Assembly: GCF_006345805.1 (NCBI RefSeq)
Contig: NC_043002.1
Location: 101,308,001 to 101,372,000 of the forward strand
Source: Octopus sinensis
Lineage: Eukaryota
Length of the DNA stretch: 64,000 nt
Direction of reading: 5' to 3'
The position numbers and the translations under genes are program-made. The notes under the pieces are model-generated. The model was not told the DNA's origin. It made no database searches and saw nothing but the letters and a program-made list of their open reading frames with translations. Below, piece by piece: positions 13,170 through 27,649 of the stretch; positions within the stretch are counted from its first letter, which is position 1; each line of letters starts with the position of its first letter.

Positions 13170-13350
13170 ATCTCTAAATTTTGGCTCAAGGCCAGCAATT
13201 TCAGTTGAATGGGTAAGTCGATTACATACACCCCAAGTGGTACTTACTTTATCGACCCCGAAAAGGATGAAAAGCAAAGTCAACTTCGGTGGAATTCGAA
13301 CTCAGAACATAAAGACGGACAAAATGTCGCTAACGATTCTGCCAGCTCGA
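13170..13350 (-). mobile_element. Family A SINE (older)
   Basis: ttatcgaccccgaaaaggatgaaaagcaaagtcaacttcggtggaattcgaactcag...ctgccagctcg, with 3' end aattgctggccttgagccaaaatttag on the reverse strand. Confidence 0.75.
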
Positions 13351-13889
13351 CCCCTTCATCAAATTTGATGATATTTCAAACAATGATATTATGGTTAGAA
13401 TAATTAAACTACAGTTATATTCATCTTGGTTTCAGGTGTCAGTTGTAGATGTTTTACTTCACTTGCAAAATTAAAATCTTTTGCAAAGGTGCGAATGTTG
13501 TAAGTCACATTTTCGCCCTTCCCCTAATTTCATAGGGATACTGCTGCCCCGTTGGCGAACACCTTTCATGTTGAAAAGTGTTAACCAAATGTCTCTCCTT
13601 TTTACGATGTAGTTTACTGGAGTCTGAGGCATTATGTGACTCTAAAGAAGAAAGTCAGTTGACAATGTTTATTTAAAACAGATCCTCAGTTGGTGACCTT
13701 GAAGATTATTGGACTCTTTTGTTCATGTTTGGAATCTGTGAAATATTTGCTTGATAACTATTGGGATGAGCGAGAATATCTTAATGCTGTTGAAGAAGAC
13801 AAGATTTGCATAATTATATTAGAGAGGATGTTTTCAAGTTTTATGTCCTTGGGGTAAGCATGAAGTAAGTTCTCTCAATATTACTGTTT

Positions 13890-14068
13890 TTACTCCTGTG
13901 ACTCCAAGGCCAGGTTTCCTTGGCGTAGAAGTGACTGAAATCAAAATATCCCCATTAAAGGGTCACTCATTACCACACGTGAAGTGCTTTGCTGACGAAC
14001 ACGACACATCACAGTCTGGGATTCGAAACTACGATCTTGTGACCTTACCCACTTGGCCACGCACCTTC
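13890..14068 (-). mobile_element. Diverged family B-like SINE
   Basis: Reverse head aaggtgcgtggccaagtgggtaagg...tttcgaatcccag..cagcaaagcacttca. Confidence 0.55.
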
Positions 14069-14318
14069 ATCCACCAACCATTATGGCTGCAGTTCTGTTG
14101 CATGATTCTTTGCTGGTTTGTAGTCTTTTAAACATTTCTTTAAACTTTCAACCTTTTCAGCTTTTGCTGACATCCGTGAATCATATTTTCTAAAACGCTG
14201 CATTGAGGCGGGCCTTTTTTTTTTACTTCTGATAGAATAATAGGCACGCTTTTGTAATAAACTTTGCTATTCAAACCCAGCAGAGCCCATCTCTTTCCAG
14301 TTCTGAACGTAGCTAGTT

Positions 14319-14829
14319 TCTTCTTCTTCTTCTTCTTCTTCTTCTTCTTCTTCTTCTTCTTCTTCTTCTTCTTCTTCTCTTTCTTCTTCTCCTTCTTCTT
14401 CTTCTCCTTCTCCTCCTCCTCCTCCTTCATCTCATTCTCCTCCTCCTCTTCCTCCTTCATCTTATCCTCCTCCTCCTCCTTCATCTTATTCTCCTCCTCC
14501 TCCTCCTCCTCCTCCTCCTCCTCCTCCTCCTTCTCTTCCTCCTCCTCCTCCTCCTCCTTCATCTTATTCTTCTCCTCCTCCTTCATCTCATTCTCCTCCT
14601 CCTCCTTCATCTTATCTCCTCCTCCTCCTTCATCTTATCTCCTCCTCCTCCTTCATCTCATTCTCCTCCTCCTCCTTCATCTTATTCTCCTCCTCCTCCT
14701 ACTTCATCTTATTCTCCTCCTCCTCCTCCTTCATCCCCTTCTTCTCCTCCTCTTCCCCCTCCTTCATCTTATTCTCCTCCTCCTCCTCCTCCTTCTTCTT
14801 CTTCTTCTTCTTCTTCTTCTTCTTCTTCT
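14319..14829. repeat. (TTC)n/(TCC)n mosaic polypyrimidine microsatellite
   Basis: TTC runs at both ends, with recurring ttcatcttattctcctcctcc units between them. Confidence 0.95.
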
Positions 14830-15206
14830 ACCCCTCCCTTAGTACCGGACTAGCTCTTTATTTATTGACCCTGTTTATCTTTATCGGAGTGATTAAATAC
14901 AAAAACATACTTCGGCTTAGTTTGAACTCAAAAAAAGCGGAAAATCGAAACGAATGCCGTAAGACATTATATCCAACGCTCTAAAGACTGCCAAGCCACT
15001 ACCTTTTCGTTTATCTAAGTCGACTCTGATCGTCCTATTATATTGCTCGCCAGTCACTACGTTATTTCCTCTTATTTCATCACTATACATACCGTTGTGC
15101 TGTGCTTCATATTTCTGCAGAATTCTGTTTTACTGAGTTGTGCCGTAGTATTTACTTTGTTATTGATATTTTAAAAATATTTTCTTGCTTGGCTAAAGTA
15201 ACTAAA

Positions 15207-15705
15207 TCTTTATATATAAAAGTAAGATTGTGTGTCTGTCTCCTACGATTTAGATTCCTAACTACTCCCACATTTTGCGGTGCAGTTTAACCAAAACCGG
15301 GTATCTTATAGTCGTGATTCATATCGAGCCCTTCTGGGTATTAGCGCTCGTCTACGATGAGTCTACGATTTAAAAAAAAAATTACCATCATTTTTTCCAT
15401 TTTAATGAATTTTTTCGCTATTATATAAGGGAAGTAACTCCCTAAAAATGTCTACGATGAGTCAACGATTTAAAAAAAAAATTACCATAATTTTTTTCCA
15501 TTTCAATGCATTTTCTTCGCTATTATATAAGGGAAGTAACTCTCTAAAAATGTATACGATGAGTCAACGATTTAAAAAAAAAATTACCATCATTTTTTTT
15601 CCATTTTTAATGCATTTTTTTGCTATATTTTGGCTATAACTCTCTAAAAATGCATATATAGTTATTTCCCTTACAATCCCGAGCAACGCCGGGCGATACT
15701 GCTAG
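15207..15705 (+). mobile_element. Non-autonomous Helitron-like element, complete
   Basis: Inserted between A and T (a|TC...CTAG|t), with subterminal hairpin cccgagcaacgccggg, no TSD, and three internal ~105-bp subrepeats. Confidence 0.85.
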
Positions 15706-16511
15706 TGTTTTATAAAACGTCTCTTCGTACAGCTTATAATTTTAGGCAATTCTTTTGTGGTTGAATCTCGGGTTTGCATGTCGCCGTAGTTGGCAAGTAT
15801 GTTTAATGTTAGTATTCAACGAACTTAGTGTGCAGCAAAAGAGCCTTTTATGAAGCTATTTATCAAATAGATGAAGAAAAAGAAAAGAAAATAGTATAGG
15901 ATAACGCTGTGAGGAGGGGAAAATCCAAAGTTTTGGACTGAAGAGCCCTCTTTCAGGGAAAGGTTGACGACAGAGAAATTAATGAGAGGCAGCAGAGTTT
16001 GACTTTGTAAGTTAAAAAAAAGAAGGCCTGGGCTCGTTCGTCTATAATTCGTTTGTTTGTGTTGTTTGATTTTGATGTTTATGGCCAGATTTTTGCTTCG
16101 TTGTGTAGTTTCGATGTGTTAAATAGCACTGCTGAATTTGTTGCGCATTTATTCCTCGATTTCAAGTGTTTGGGGAAACTTACTCTGTTTATCATACTTA
16201 AATTAAAATGCATAGTCTATTGGACATCTGCAAATATTTTCAAATCCCTGTTCGTTATTTTTTTTTTTGAAAGGTGACGGAGACAGAGTGATTGTCGGGG
16301 GCGAATATCGAGTAAAAAGCATGAGATAAAATATTATAAGTAAAACCAACATAGGCGCAGACATTGATGTTTGGTCAGGTATTTCTTTATGAAAGCACGT
16401 AGCTTCGGGTTCGTTCTGAAAGTGCAACATCTGGGAATCAGCAGGAATATTACTAGGAATCTTGCCGTAAGTGGGCTCACCTCTTTTAGAGTGTCAAGAT
16501 CTAACAGGCTG

Positions 16512-16903
16512 AAGGTGGCAAGCTGGTAGAAACGTTAGCACACCGGGCGAAATGCTTAGCGGTATTTCGTCTGCCGTTACGTTGTGAGTTAAAATTCCGC
16601 CGAGGTCGACTTTGCCTTTCACCCTTTCGGGGTCGATAAATTAAGCACCAGCCACGCACTGGGGTCGATGTAATCGACTTAATACCTATGTCTGTCCTTG
16701 TTTGTCCCCTTGTGGGTAATAAAGAAATAGGTATTTCGTCTGTCTTTACGTTCCGAGTTCAAATTCCGCCGAGGTCGAATTTGTCTTTCATCTTTTCAGG
16801 GTTGATAAATTAAGTTCCTGTTGCTCACTGGGGTAAATATAATCGACCGGCCTTCTCCTCCAAAATATCGGGCCTTGTGCCTAGAGTAGAAAAGAAACGA
16901 AAA
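16512..16903 (+). mobile_element. Family A SINE dimer (one head, two bodies)
   Basis: Junction aaagaaata|ggtatttcgtc at about 16720-16740. The flanking direct repeat aacaggctga encloses the whole dimer. Confidence 0.85.
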
Positions 16904-17329
16904 GAACAGGCTGAGACATTTTCTTGCGGGAGTTCTTAAGATTTCTCCTGCGGTCAGCTCATCACGTAAAGTGTTTTAATGTCTGACAGATTCAGAGTTA
17001 GCATTTGCTAAATCGGTCATCCTGCCTGATTTGAAAATGGTCCTGGAACTTTTGTCGCCAGTTTCGTTGATGTCGAGAAATGACTGACAGAGGAAGCCGA
17101 AACTGACATTTGCACAACCACACCAACGATATCAGTAGCAAAAGCAGCCGTTCATGAATTTGAACCTGGAGATCTCCATTTCCAGCGACTTCGAGGGTCA
17201 CCTCTCAGTGGTGTCGGGCGTCAACGAAGAGCCCTCGACTACAACAAGACGACCAAAGTTTTTTTTTCTTTCTTTCTTTCTTTCTTTCCAAGGTCTGGGG
17301 TCTCCCGCTCCTAAGCCCTAGACCATCAC

Positions 17330-18600
17330 CTAATCACCCTTACGCGAAAATATCACCAGACAGACATTGTGTGTGAATATTACCGGAGCAATTTACAAAA
17401 GTGTGCTACTGAAACTACAAAGTGAGATGCTGGCTCTGAAAGCGGAAGTGACTTCCGCTCAACTACACAGAGCCATTGAAGAATTCCAAAAATGGGATCT
17501 CTCGGATGGGCCGAATGTATGATAAGTGAAGTTTTCTCTCTTGAGTACATTTAATTCATCATTGCTGGAAGACGGTGAAGGCGCGTGGCTTAGTGGTTAG
17601 GGTGTTGGAATCATGATCGTAGGATTGTAATTTCTCTTCCTGGTCCGGGCGATGTGTTCTTGAGCAAAATATTTCATTTCACTTTGCCCCAATCCACGCA
17701 GCTGGCAAAAGTGAGCAATCCTCCAATGGACTGGCATCCCATCCAGGTGAAGAATGTATAAGCCATTGAAACTGGGAATCCAACCCTATGAATCTCCATG
17801 TCTGGGGTGAGAATTTTACTATATTTACTGTGAGACAGTTGCATAAATACGTATAGGCTAGGTCGGCTTAGAAGGAAGGTCAATGCCTTAATAACCAAAG
17901 GCCATTAGATATTCATGAAATAATTATTGAGAACAAGATTTCTGCAAGCATGCACTCGCACACCCCCCAGAAAAGTTTGTATCTCAAGGTACGGATGATC
18001 TCCCTTGACCTGAACAGCAAGTCACTGACTATGGAAGTGGACAGGGGTGAAGGTGGTAACTTCACTCTACTGGCCATTTATACACTGACTGAGAAAATGT
18101 AGTCAGTCTAGAAACCTTTTGAGGAACGTCTTCATGTTAGTGCTAGTAGACGACCAGAATGAAATTTTGGGCGCATGTTGGGATTGTATGGATGTAGCTG
18201 ATAAGAGCATTCATGGAAAAACTTGAAAATCCTGTCCCGGCTTTTGGCAGCTGCTAACTGTATTACTCAAATATGCTACTGTAGACTTTGACGTACTGCC
18301 TCATGTTATCTTAGTCGTATTTCAAAAGAATATTGAATAGGTCAAGGGATAAGGATGGTACAGATATCCCCAAATTTTGGGTACTCAGTTATACAATTCA
18401 GAAACTTATAACCTGCAGGTCAGCCTACACAGGGTGCATAGGTAGAATCCCAGCCACTGGAAGATGAACACATCGTTCTCGGCATGGAAATCCATCAGCG
18501 ATCGGACCTGGTAACAATTTGTGATGGACCTTTTTGAAGAGAAGCGGATTTAATAGAGTTAAAATCGATAGAATGTATCAAAGGATCACAAAACTAATTA
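17330..18600 (+). mobile_element. Possible Tx1/L1-like LINE remnant (ORF1 coiled-coil and endonuclease region)
   Basis: EQFTKVLLKLQSEMLALKAEV...; FTLLAIYT...; GAxVESQPLEDE resembles GxWKLNxSLLED. Heavily decayed. Confidence 0.3.
17578..17805 (+). mobile_element. Family B-related SINE
   Basis: aggcgcgtggcttagtggttagggtg...ttcttgagcaaaatatttcatttcac...gaaactgggaatcc. A homolog lies on the minus strand at 26735-26960. Confidence 0.75.
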
Positions 18601-18924
18601 AAGTAGTTGTGCTAGCCGTGTAAACGGTTTTTGACAATATATTCTTGGCCTGGGGCACTTCTGGTTATCGAGACAAAGATATCAAACCATGGACTGTCCC
18701 AGAATCTCTGCACTACTGAATCGAGTGTGTTATGGTCACCTATTCGTTGTAGTGGAGCTGTTATTCTGAGACGAAGAAACACGGCAGCGATTAGCCTATT
18801 CACGTTCAAATTTTGCGAAACGTATGAAGAATAGATATAGAAGCCATCGTTTTAGTCACGTTGTTCACCGTGCCTTTGACGATTTATTACGTGTATACAC
18901 ACACATACATACACAGACACACAA

Positions 18925-19136
18925 ATACTTGCATTCACTAAAATCCATCGCCACAATCATGAGAACAATATTTTTTGGAAACCAATAAGCAGGTAGATCT
19001 GTTCACGTGAAAGTGTGTGTGTGTGTAGACATCTACGTATACAAACACTTGCGTGCGCACACGTTTTTCTGTTTACTGGTTTCCAACAGATATTGTTCTC
19101 ATGATTGTGACGGTGAATTTCAGTGAATGCAAGTAT
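18925..19136. repeat. Foldback (MITE-like) with ~70-bp imperfect terminal inverted repeats
   Basis: atacttgcattcact...acaatcatgagaacaatat..ttggaaacca pairs with tggtttccaa..atattgttctcatgattgt...agtgaatgcaagtat. Confidence 0.65.
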
Positions 19137-19349
19137 CTGTATGGATGTGTGGTGCTTCAACGTGTGTGTATGTATTACATGTTTGTATTTATCTTTGTGA
19201 ACGTACTTGTATGCAGAGCTAATCCGTATGCATGTTTGCTTCTATTGCCAATATCTGAGCACGTGCCCGCGCTTGTGTGGTATTTGTGTACTATTACACA
19301 CATACACGCCTGTTTGTATGTGCGACCGCATCTATACGTAGAATAAATC

Positions 19350-19870
<521 letters not shown>

Positions 19871-20381
19871 GTGCGCGTGTCTATCTGCTTAACCAATCAA
19901 TGGTGTTTTGTGCGTAGATGTTAGAAATAAAGTTACAGTGATATTTTGCAAAGCTAAGGTTTTTGCCTTAAAAAGCAGACGCTCTCTATTTGAATCTTGC
20001 ATCGTCGTTATTGACAATTACTATTTCTGTTGAGCGAAGTTGCTTAGCAAAGTGGAATAATATAATTACTGCCATGTCTCGATAGTTACAGATGGGGTTT
20101 GTGCTAGTGATTGTAATGGCGGTGGTGGCAGCCGTGGTTGAGGTGGCGATGTCTGTGGTGTTGTCGGTGGCGGAGGTAAGAGGGGGTTGTGTCGTTGACT
20201 GTGGTGGCAATGTGGTGTTGGTCGGGTAGGAGCAAAGAAGAGGCTTTGAGACTGCAGATAATAAAGGATAAATAGTTGTGTACCTATATGCGTAGATATC
20301 AACATATCTATGTAAGTAACTATGTATATATGTAGGCATGCATGTGTATTTCTATGTATAGGTGAAGTCGTATACATATGC

Positions 20382-20417
<36 letters not shown>

Positions 20418-20439
20418 ACATATGAATGCATATTTATCA

Positions 20440-20477
<38 letters not shown>

Positions 20478-22373
20478 ACTATGTGCATGTATGTGTAAAT
20501 ATATACACAAATACGCAATATATATATATATGTAGATGAATACAAACACATATACATACACACAGATATATTTATACGTGTATTTTTATGATATTGTACT
20601 ATGTCAAAATAAAAGAAATAAATAGAGCGAAAAATTAGAGAGAAAGAGAAAGAGGGAGAGAGATGTATGTCTAAACGAAGAAAGAGAATACTTCTATGGA
20701 AAATGGCGATGGGTAAAGGAAGGTGAATAATAGAAGCCAGAAGATTGTTGAAAACGAAAGTGAAAGTAAATGATAAGCTAAGATTGTACAAAAACTAGAT
20801 TGAGAGTGTCTGGAGAGAATAAAGAGCGATGGGTTACCTAAAGGGAAATATGCTAAGACGAATCTGTATATGATGTCGCTCGATATAGTTTCAGATGGCC
20901 AAATTATAGAGTGAATATAGAAGATTTATTAGTTATAATTATAGAATATCGCCAAATATGGGTTACTATTCAAATATGGGATGAATCAACCACGAGAAAA
21001 CTAATCTAGTTAGCAGAGAGCAGACTTGTTCCTTACAAAGTAGAATATTTCTTTATATATTAACAATCGGGAGAGAAAGAAAAATATGAACAAAACGTTT
21101 GATATTTGTGTTTTTTTTAATATTTTTAAGCTGTTATCGTGCTTTTTTTTTAGGAGAAAATAAAATTAGGAACATATCATATTTCTATATTTCTATATGT
21201 ATTACAAGTACAACAATGCATGTTTGCCGTTTACACACACACACACACACACACATACATTCTTAAGAGACGTTGACTTTCATATATTTGCCGGCTGTTT
21301 TCAATGACAATAAACGTAAATAAGTTTTAGAGCATCTCTGTCTTAATCAGTAGGTTAGGATTTTAAGCAACGTTTTCTAAAACGGAGCAGATTATCTGCC
21401 GTTTTTCCCGAGGTCGTGTTATCACAAAGATCGTTACGGCTGCAACAATTCTGAGCAAGAAGAAAACAGGAAACTCTTGTCGATAATAGAAACGAAATAA
21501 GTTTTTAAGTTTGCTTAAATGAATAGGCATGTGTGTGGGCGTGTGTGTGTATGTATGTGCGCGCAGCAGTGTGTGTGTGAGAGTGAAAGAGAGAGAGAGA
21601 TAGGTTCCTTGAAGCTATAATAGTGTCTACATTAGGAGCAACCATCACAATCTAGAGATTTAAACAACCTCTTTTAGATGAAGCAGGTTGTATGCTGTTG
21701 TCCGGAGGTCTTGTCACCAATAAGATTAACAACCAATTCTAGAGCAATTCTGTAAAGAAACTTAAATGCAAAAGCAATGTACATGTTCGAGATAAAGTAT
21801 ATTTGAGATAACATATACACAAGATTTCTTATCTTACTACTGAAAGGTCTTGAAAATTGTCGTAAAGAGTTAGAAACATGGAAGGACGAGTCAACGGGGA
21901 ACCAGAAAACCAGACTATGTTTCAGTCGCCTGTATCTACAGTTTTGTAAACCTACAACCGAGACACATAATTTTTAACGGTTGAGCTCAGCTTACTGAAA
22001 GTATAATACAAGAATATAAGGAACCTTATTGCAAAGAAAGTTGCAACATTGTAAGAGACGAATAGTCTGTTCACATTAACATATCCTGTTGGTTTTTTGT
22101 CGGGATACAAGGAGACTAAAAACCATACTTTCGATGGTATGACTATGACGCTAGCTTGAACAACACAACCGAAAACAAGGACAGTGGATGGAGCTTCAAT
22201 AAAGTTTCATAGACTACTAAACAGAATAGAGTACTTGAGTGCAACTGTAGTTACAAGATGTTTATGCAGCAGAAACGGACGTCGGACACATTTAAATCAA
22301 ATATTGGGTAGGATTGAAAGTAGAAATTTAAAAAAACGCAGATGTATTCATCTCGATATTTATTGTAATTGTC

Positions 22374-22467
<94 letters not shown>

Positions 22468-22478
22468 CTATCTATCTA

Positions 22479-22542
<64 letters not shown>

Positions 22543-22548
22543 AACCTT

Positions 22549-22591
<43 letters not shown>

Positions 22592-22689
22592 CTCTCTTTT
22601 TCTCTCTCTCTCACTCTCTGTCTGTCTGACTGTCTCTCCCCCCCCTCTCTCTCTCTATTTTCTTCTCTAGTTTCAGCTCAGAGTATCAA

Positions 22690-22853
22690 CCACTAGAGTA
22701 GCTGGGGTGAGGCAGTAGGAGCGGTCCGCCCCTGGCAGCACTTTTCATCCTGTTGTAGTCTATTGCTATAGGCAATAAAAGATTTTTTGAGGGGTCTGGG
22801 CACGGCAAACGGAAGGGCCCGCCCCGGCGGCACATACTCCAACAACGCCAGTG
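22690..22853. mobile_element. Degenerate GC-rich MITE-like element
   Basis: Ends cactagagtagctgggg and ccaacaacgccagtg, with internal ggtccgccc and gggcccgccc motifs. Confidence 0.35.
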
Positions 22854-23589
22854 GTCTTAACCCCATTTTTACACCTCTTCACATATACTTTTTCTATCTC
22901 TACTTCATATTAATCTTTCACTCTCTACATTTCCCAGCCCTATCTTATATTGATCTATCTCTATAGATATTTCATCGCCCTACGTCTTTCATTCTTTCGA
23001 CCTAATTCCTCGTCCTATTTCATTTTTACACCTCAGTTATATATTTTCTGTTTTTCTCATCCTTTGCTCTCTTTCTGTACCTCTCTTTGTCTTTCTCTTT
23101 CTCTGTCTATCTGTCTCTCTTTGCTCGCTTTTCCTCTCGCCCTTTCTCTCTGCTTACCCCCTTTCTTCTACCTTCTCTCTCTCTCTCTCTCTCTCTTTGC
23201 CTTTCCTGATTACCTTTACATCGCCTCTCTCTCTCTCAAACCCCTCTCTCTGCATATCCATCTTTATTTCTTCCTGCCCTTTCTTTCTCTCTATCTCAGC
23301 AACATGGACCTAAGCAAAGCCGACTATTTTATGTTTAAAATGCACAGAAACTGGCAATTTGTAAAAATTAAAACAATGCTCCTGGCATGGAACTTGGCTG
23401 GATGATCATCGCCAAGCCGCTTTGACAGTGGAGACCATTAAGAACTTTGGTTTCAACCGAACCATGGCACAAAATGAAAAAGAAAATGAACGAATCCATT
23501 CGTTTCTATGCCCTCATTAAACCCCATATGGATCTACTAGATAATATGCTAAAAAAACGAAACGAAAACACAAGGCAAAAAAGAAATTA

Positions 23590-25060
23590 GTGACTTAGTT
23601 GAATCTAAGAAGGGTCAAGGTGATGCTGTGAGGAAGGGACAAAACAAAAATACGGAAAACAAAATGTAACCATTCTGGACAAGCGTGAGCCCAAGGAGAA
23701 CAACAGCAGCAGCAAAGCAAAAGTCCAGCCGGGGAAGCAAAAGGAGCCAAAGATGAAAATAAAGGCACAAGCAAGCAGGCAAGTTGAAAATGGATCTGGG
23801 CCCAAGGTGGACGTAGAAACAAATGGAAAATGAAATCGATATTTTGAAGACAAAAGTTCTGGAAAATGAAAGCACAAGGAGACTTCAGCCTCCCTGATAT
23901 CGAATGTCCTGAGGACTGCTTCCTCTCCTGCAAGAACAGAGGATAGCAGAATCTTTGTTCAACCTCACAAACATGATTCTTATAGATCAAATAGTGCTCC
24001 TTTCAACAAGTGGGAAAATTTCCTGGATCACTGCCTCACAAATAATGTGGCGCTCGTGTTAAGGTGATGCTGTCGATACTCTCGGATCATAACTTGTATT
24101 GGTACCGCAACTGTTCATGGTGGATCTCTCGGACGTGCCATCAGTTATGCAGAGAGCCAAACTTACTAGCTATGCCGACGACACAAAAGTAATACAAGCG
24201 GCCCAGAAACCTTCCGATCTTAATCTACAGAAAGACATAGATGCCATACGTAAATGTACTGGAGAAAATAACAAGCAAGTCTAATGCAGGTAAATTCCAA
24301 GCCTTCCGCTATCAGTTAGCCACTGCTCACATGCCACAACAACAATACTTTGGACCAAAAGGATAGGCATAGTGAAGTATGTAATCTGGTGACTGATCGG
24401 AATAACAACGCTTTGTTTCACGCACATATCACCAAGATATGCTAACGAATGGCCGGCTCGATTCTGAGAACTTTTCGAACAAGTGACCAGGAAGCTATGC
24501 TGGTTCTACGGAAGACATTTGTACTCAGCTGTCTGGACTACTGTTCTCAAATGTGGCCACCGCACAGTGTTAAATTGATAGCTGTACTTGAAGCAGTTCA
24601 GCGGTGCTACACCAAGAAAATTGCATCAATGGAACAGCTGAGCTACAGAGAAAGATTGCAAGAGCAATGACTGTATTCTCTGGAGCAAAGACAGGAGAAA
24701 TATGCAGTGATATACACTTGGAATACACGCAGTGATGTACGGCTGGAGAGGTTGGCACCAAACATTGGCATTAAGAGCTATATTGACGCCCGAACTGGAC
24801 GTCATTGCTCTATTCCAAGGGTCCTAGGTATCCCCTTAGAATAAGGATCACGTAGTGCAGTATCTTTAGATTCAAGGGTCCAAAGCTTTTTAAATTCGTA
24901 CAAAAATATCTCAGGGATCTACATAGAGGACGGGATAGAGGTTTTTAAGAAATAACTTGATCTGCTGCCCAAGGTCCCAGATAAACCTATATTGCAGCAA
25001 AAAACTTCCTCCTTCACCAATCGCATATAAATGGCCACTGAAAGATGGTGGCACTGGCGG
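23590..25060 (+). mobile_element. CR1/L2-group LINE remnant with internal deletion
   Basis: APE motifs GDFSLPDI, DQIV..T.G.N.LDHCLTN and SDHN. RT motifs VLxPQLF, YADDTK (24171-24188), LDYCSQMWPP, LEAVQR..TKKI, LSYRERL and FKGPKLFN. Confidence 0.85.
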
Positions 25061-25079
25061 TATATATATATATATATAT

Positions 25080-25121
<42 letters not shown>

Positions 25122-25533
25122 TATCTTAATTTCTTTATTTGTCTAAATGAGGTATTTATACTTTGAGTGTGCTCGACAGCGTAGACGTTCCTCCACTGCA
25201 AACATACACAAACACACATACACCACTCACACAAACACAGACACACACACAAACATGCCGATACTCATGCATAGTTATCGTACATATGTGTGGTGTGTGT
25301 GTGAGCGGGCGTATCGGTGTGTATTTATGTATGGATGCATACATACATATATGTATGTATGTATGTATGTAGTATGTATGTATGTTGTATGTATGTATGT
25401 ATGTATGTATATATATATATATATATATACAATATATATATATATATATATAATATATATACAATATATATGTATATATATATATATATACATATATATG
25501 TATATATATATATACATATATATTATATATATG

Positions 25534-25566
<33 letters not shown>

Positions 25567-26369
25567 GTATGTACGTATATGCACATATATATGTGTATAT
25601 ATATATATATAGATATAGATATATATATATACATATATATATGCTATATATATATATGAAGTTTGTATATATATATATAGATATATATATATATATATAT
25701 CTCAGAGAGTAAACAATAGACGAGTCGAAGGACGAGTCGCTCGAGGCGGCTGGCCACAAAAGGTAGTTAAGATTGTCTTCCTGTGCGAGATACTACACTC
25801 CCCACTCCTCTACCACCACCACCGACAACAGCGACATAGATAAGAAATACCACTAATATCGCTATTGTATATATAAGAACAATAACAGTAATAGCAACAA
25901 CAACAACAACGATAGCATTAACGACAATATCTACAATTCTTTGCATAATTGAGCAATTCTTTTTAATAATGGATTCCATCTTCGATAGCAACGTCAGTAC
26001 CACCATAACTGCCACCTCTCCCACCACGACCACCACGACCACCAGTATCTTGATCATCATCAGCGTTATGAATAACAATAGTATGAAGAATTAGAAAACC
26101 AAAAGAGAGAAAAAAAATCAGACAAGAGAAACGACTTTCAAAATCTGAATAATTTTTTTTTTGTTAAAAGCTGTAAAACGGAAACAGAGCAGAGAAGGAA
26201 GCAGAGGACGCATGGACTAACGCATGCGTAGAATTTATCTACACACATACCTCAACACCATACACACACTCACATCAATACTCATAGGTGCATATACACA
26301 TATGTAACCATGCGAACGTGTAACCATGGCCCTTCAAACGTTACATATATAGAAATACACGTATATAAT

Positions 26370-26590
26370 GTGCACTCCGTCGGTTACGACGACGAATTCA
26401 GTTTATGCAATCAACTGAGCGGTCTGCTCCTCAAAGTAACATGTGGGTGGCTGAGAACTCCACAGACATGTGTCACCCTTAACGTAATTCCCGAGGAAAT
26501 TCAGCGTAACACAGAACGTTACAAGGCTTGGTCCTTTTGAATTACAGGTATTATTCATCTTTTCCTCCTGAGTAGACTGGAATGTATGAA
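26370..26590 (+). mobile_element. SINE body fragment, family D
   Basis: ctccgtcggttacgacgacga...gtggctgagaactccacagac...cccttaacgtaattc. A diverged copy lies at 56350-56520. Confidence 0.6.
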
Positions 26591-26734
26591 ATGGAGTATG
26601 CTACCCAAGACGCAACGCCCTTTCAGTAATCGAACTCACGACCTTGCGAACGTGAAATGTAACCCCCCCCCCAATCACTAAGCCACGTGCCGTCAGTATA
26701 ACAAAAGTAAAACATAAAAAGTCTGAGTCATACT

Positions 26735-26960
26735 GACAGATAAGGGCCGGTTTCCCGGTTTCAGTGTTGTATAAATTCTTAACCTGGACGGTACGCCGAT
26801 CCGTCGCCGGATTGCTCGTTTTTGCCAGCTGAATGGATTGGAGCAACGTGAAATGAAGTGGCTTGCTCAAGACCACAACGTGTCGCCCGCTGCAGGAATC
26901 GAAGCCACAGACTTACGATCATTAGTCCAACACCCAAACCACTAAGCCACGCACCTCCAC
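26735..26960 (-). mobile_element. Family B-related SINE
   Basis: Reverse head aggtgcgtggcttagtggtttgggtg..ttcgattcctg..cttgagcaagccacttcatttcacgttgctcc. Confidence 0.8.
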
Positions 26961-27649
26961 GCATTCACAGTAGACATATACACACTCACATCTATCCACA
27001 AATATACGTATTTCCACATTTGAACACCTTACACTAATATGTAGATTAGTGTGCGTATATATATATACGTTATCTGGAACGCAGATATATAGAAATATAT
27101 ATATATATATATATATATACTCAAGTATTTACACATATTTATACTTACTTTTAGGCGACGAACTGGAAGTATCATTAGAATGTCAAACAGGGTGCTTTGT
27201 GATTATCTCGTTCTTTGTGCTCTGAGTACTTTTCAGGGTCGATAAATAAAGTACCTGTCAAGAGCAATGCATTGGTGGATTTACTAGAGCGTCGGATTGG
27301 ATTCTTACTGTAGTTGCTTCGGACACTTGCATTTGGGTTCAAATTCTATCTGAGAATTTGGATCCCACCAATATCAACGGCCCTCATGCAAAGAGGAAAG
27401 GCATCAACACAGACAAGATTATATATAATGTAGCCAGCATCTATGTCTCTCTAATCGGACAATTCTACCGTGATCTCAACCCAACTTTGCTATGAATATA
27501 GAAATACCGGAGACAACAGGTAACCACCGACCATAAAACAGATACCGGCGCCGATGACAATCAGGTGTTCTCTGTCATATGATATGCTAAGGTTAACTTT
27601 AACCCTTGTACGACCGCTTGTTAAACACCGATCTTTTTCTTAAGGAGTA

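Noticed and set aside
12953-13231. 92-aa minus-strand ORF
   Set aside because: Its first ~20 codons are the 3' end of a SINE, and the remainder has no recognisable domain or convincing splice pair.
13790-13870. KDIKLENIL on the minus strand, resembling a kinase catalytic loop
   Set aside because: It lacks the HRD motif, a stop follows within about 20 codons, and no other kinase motifs are present.
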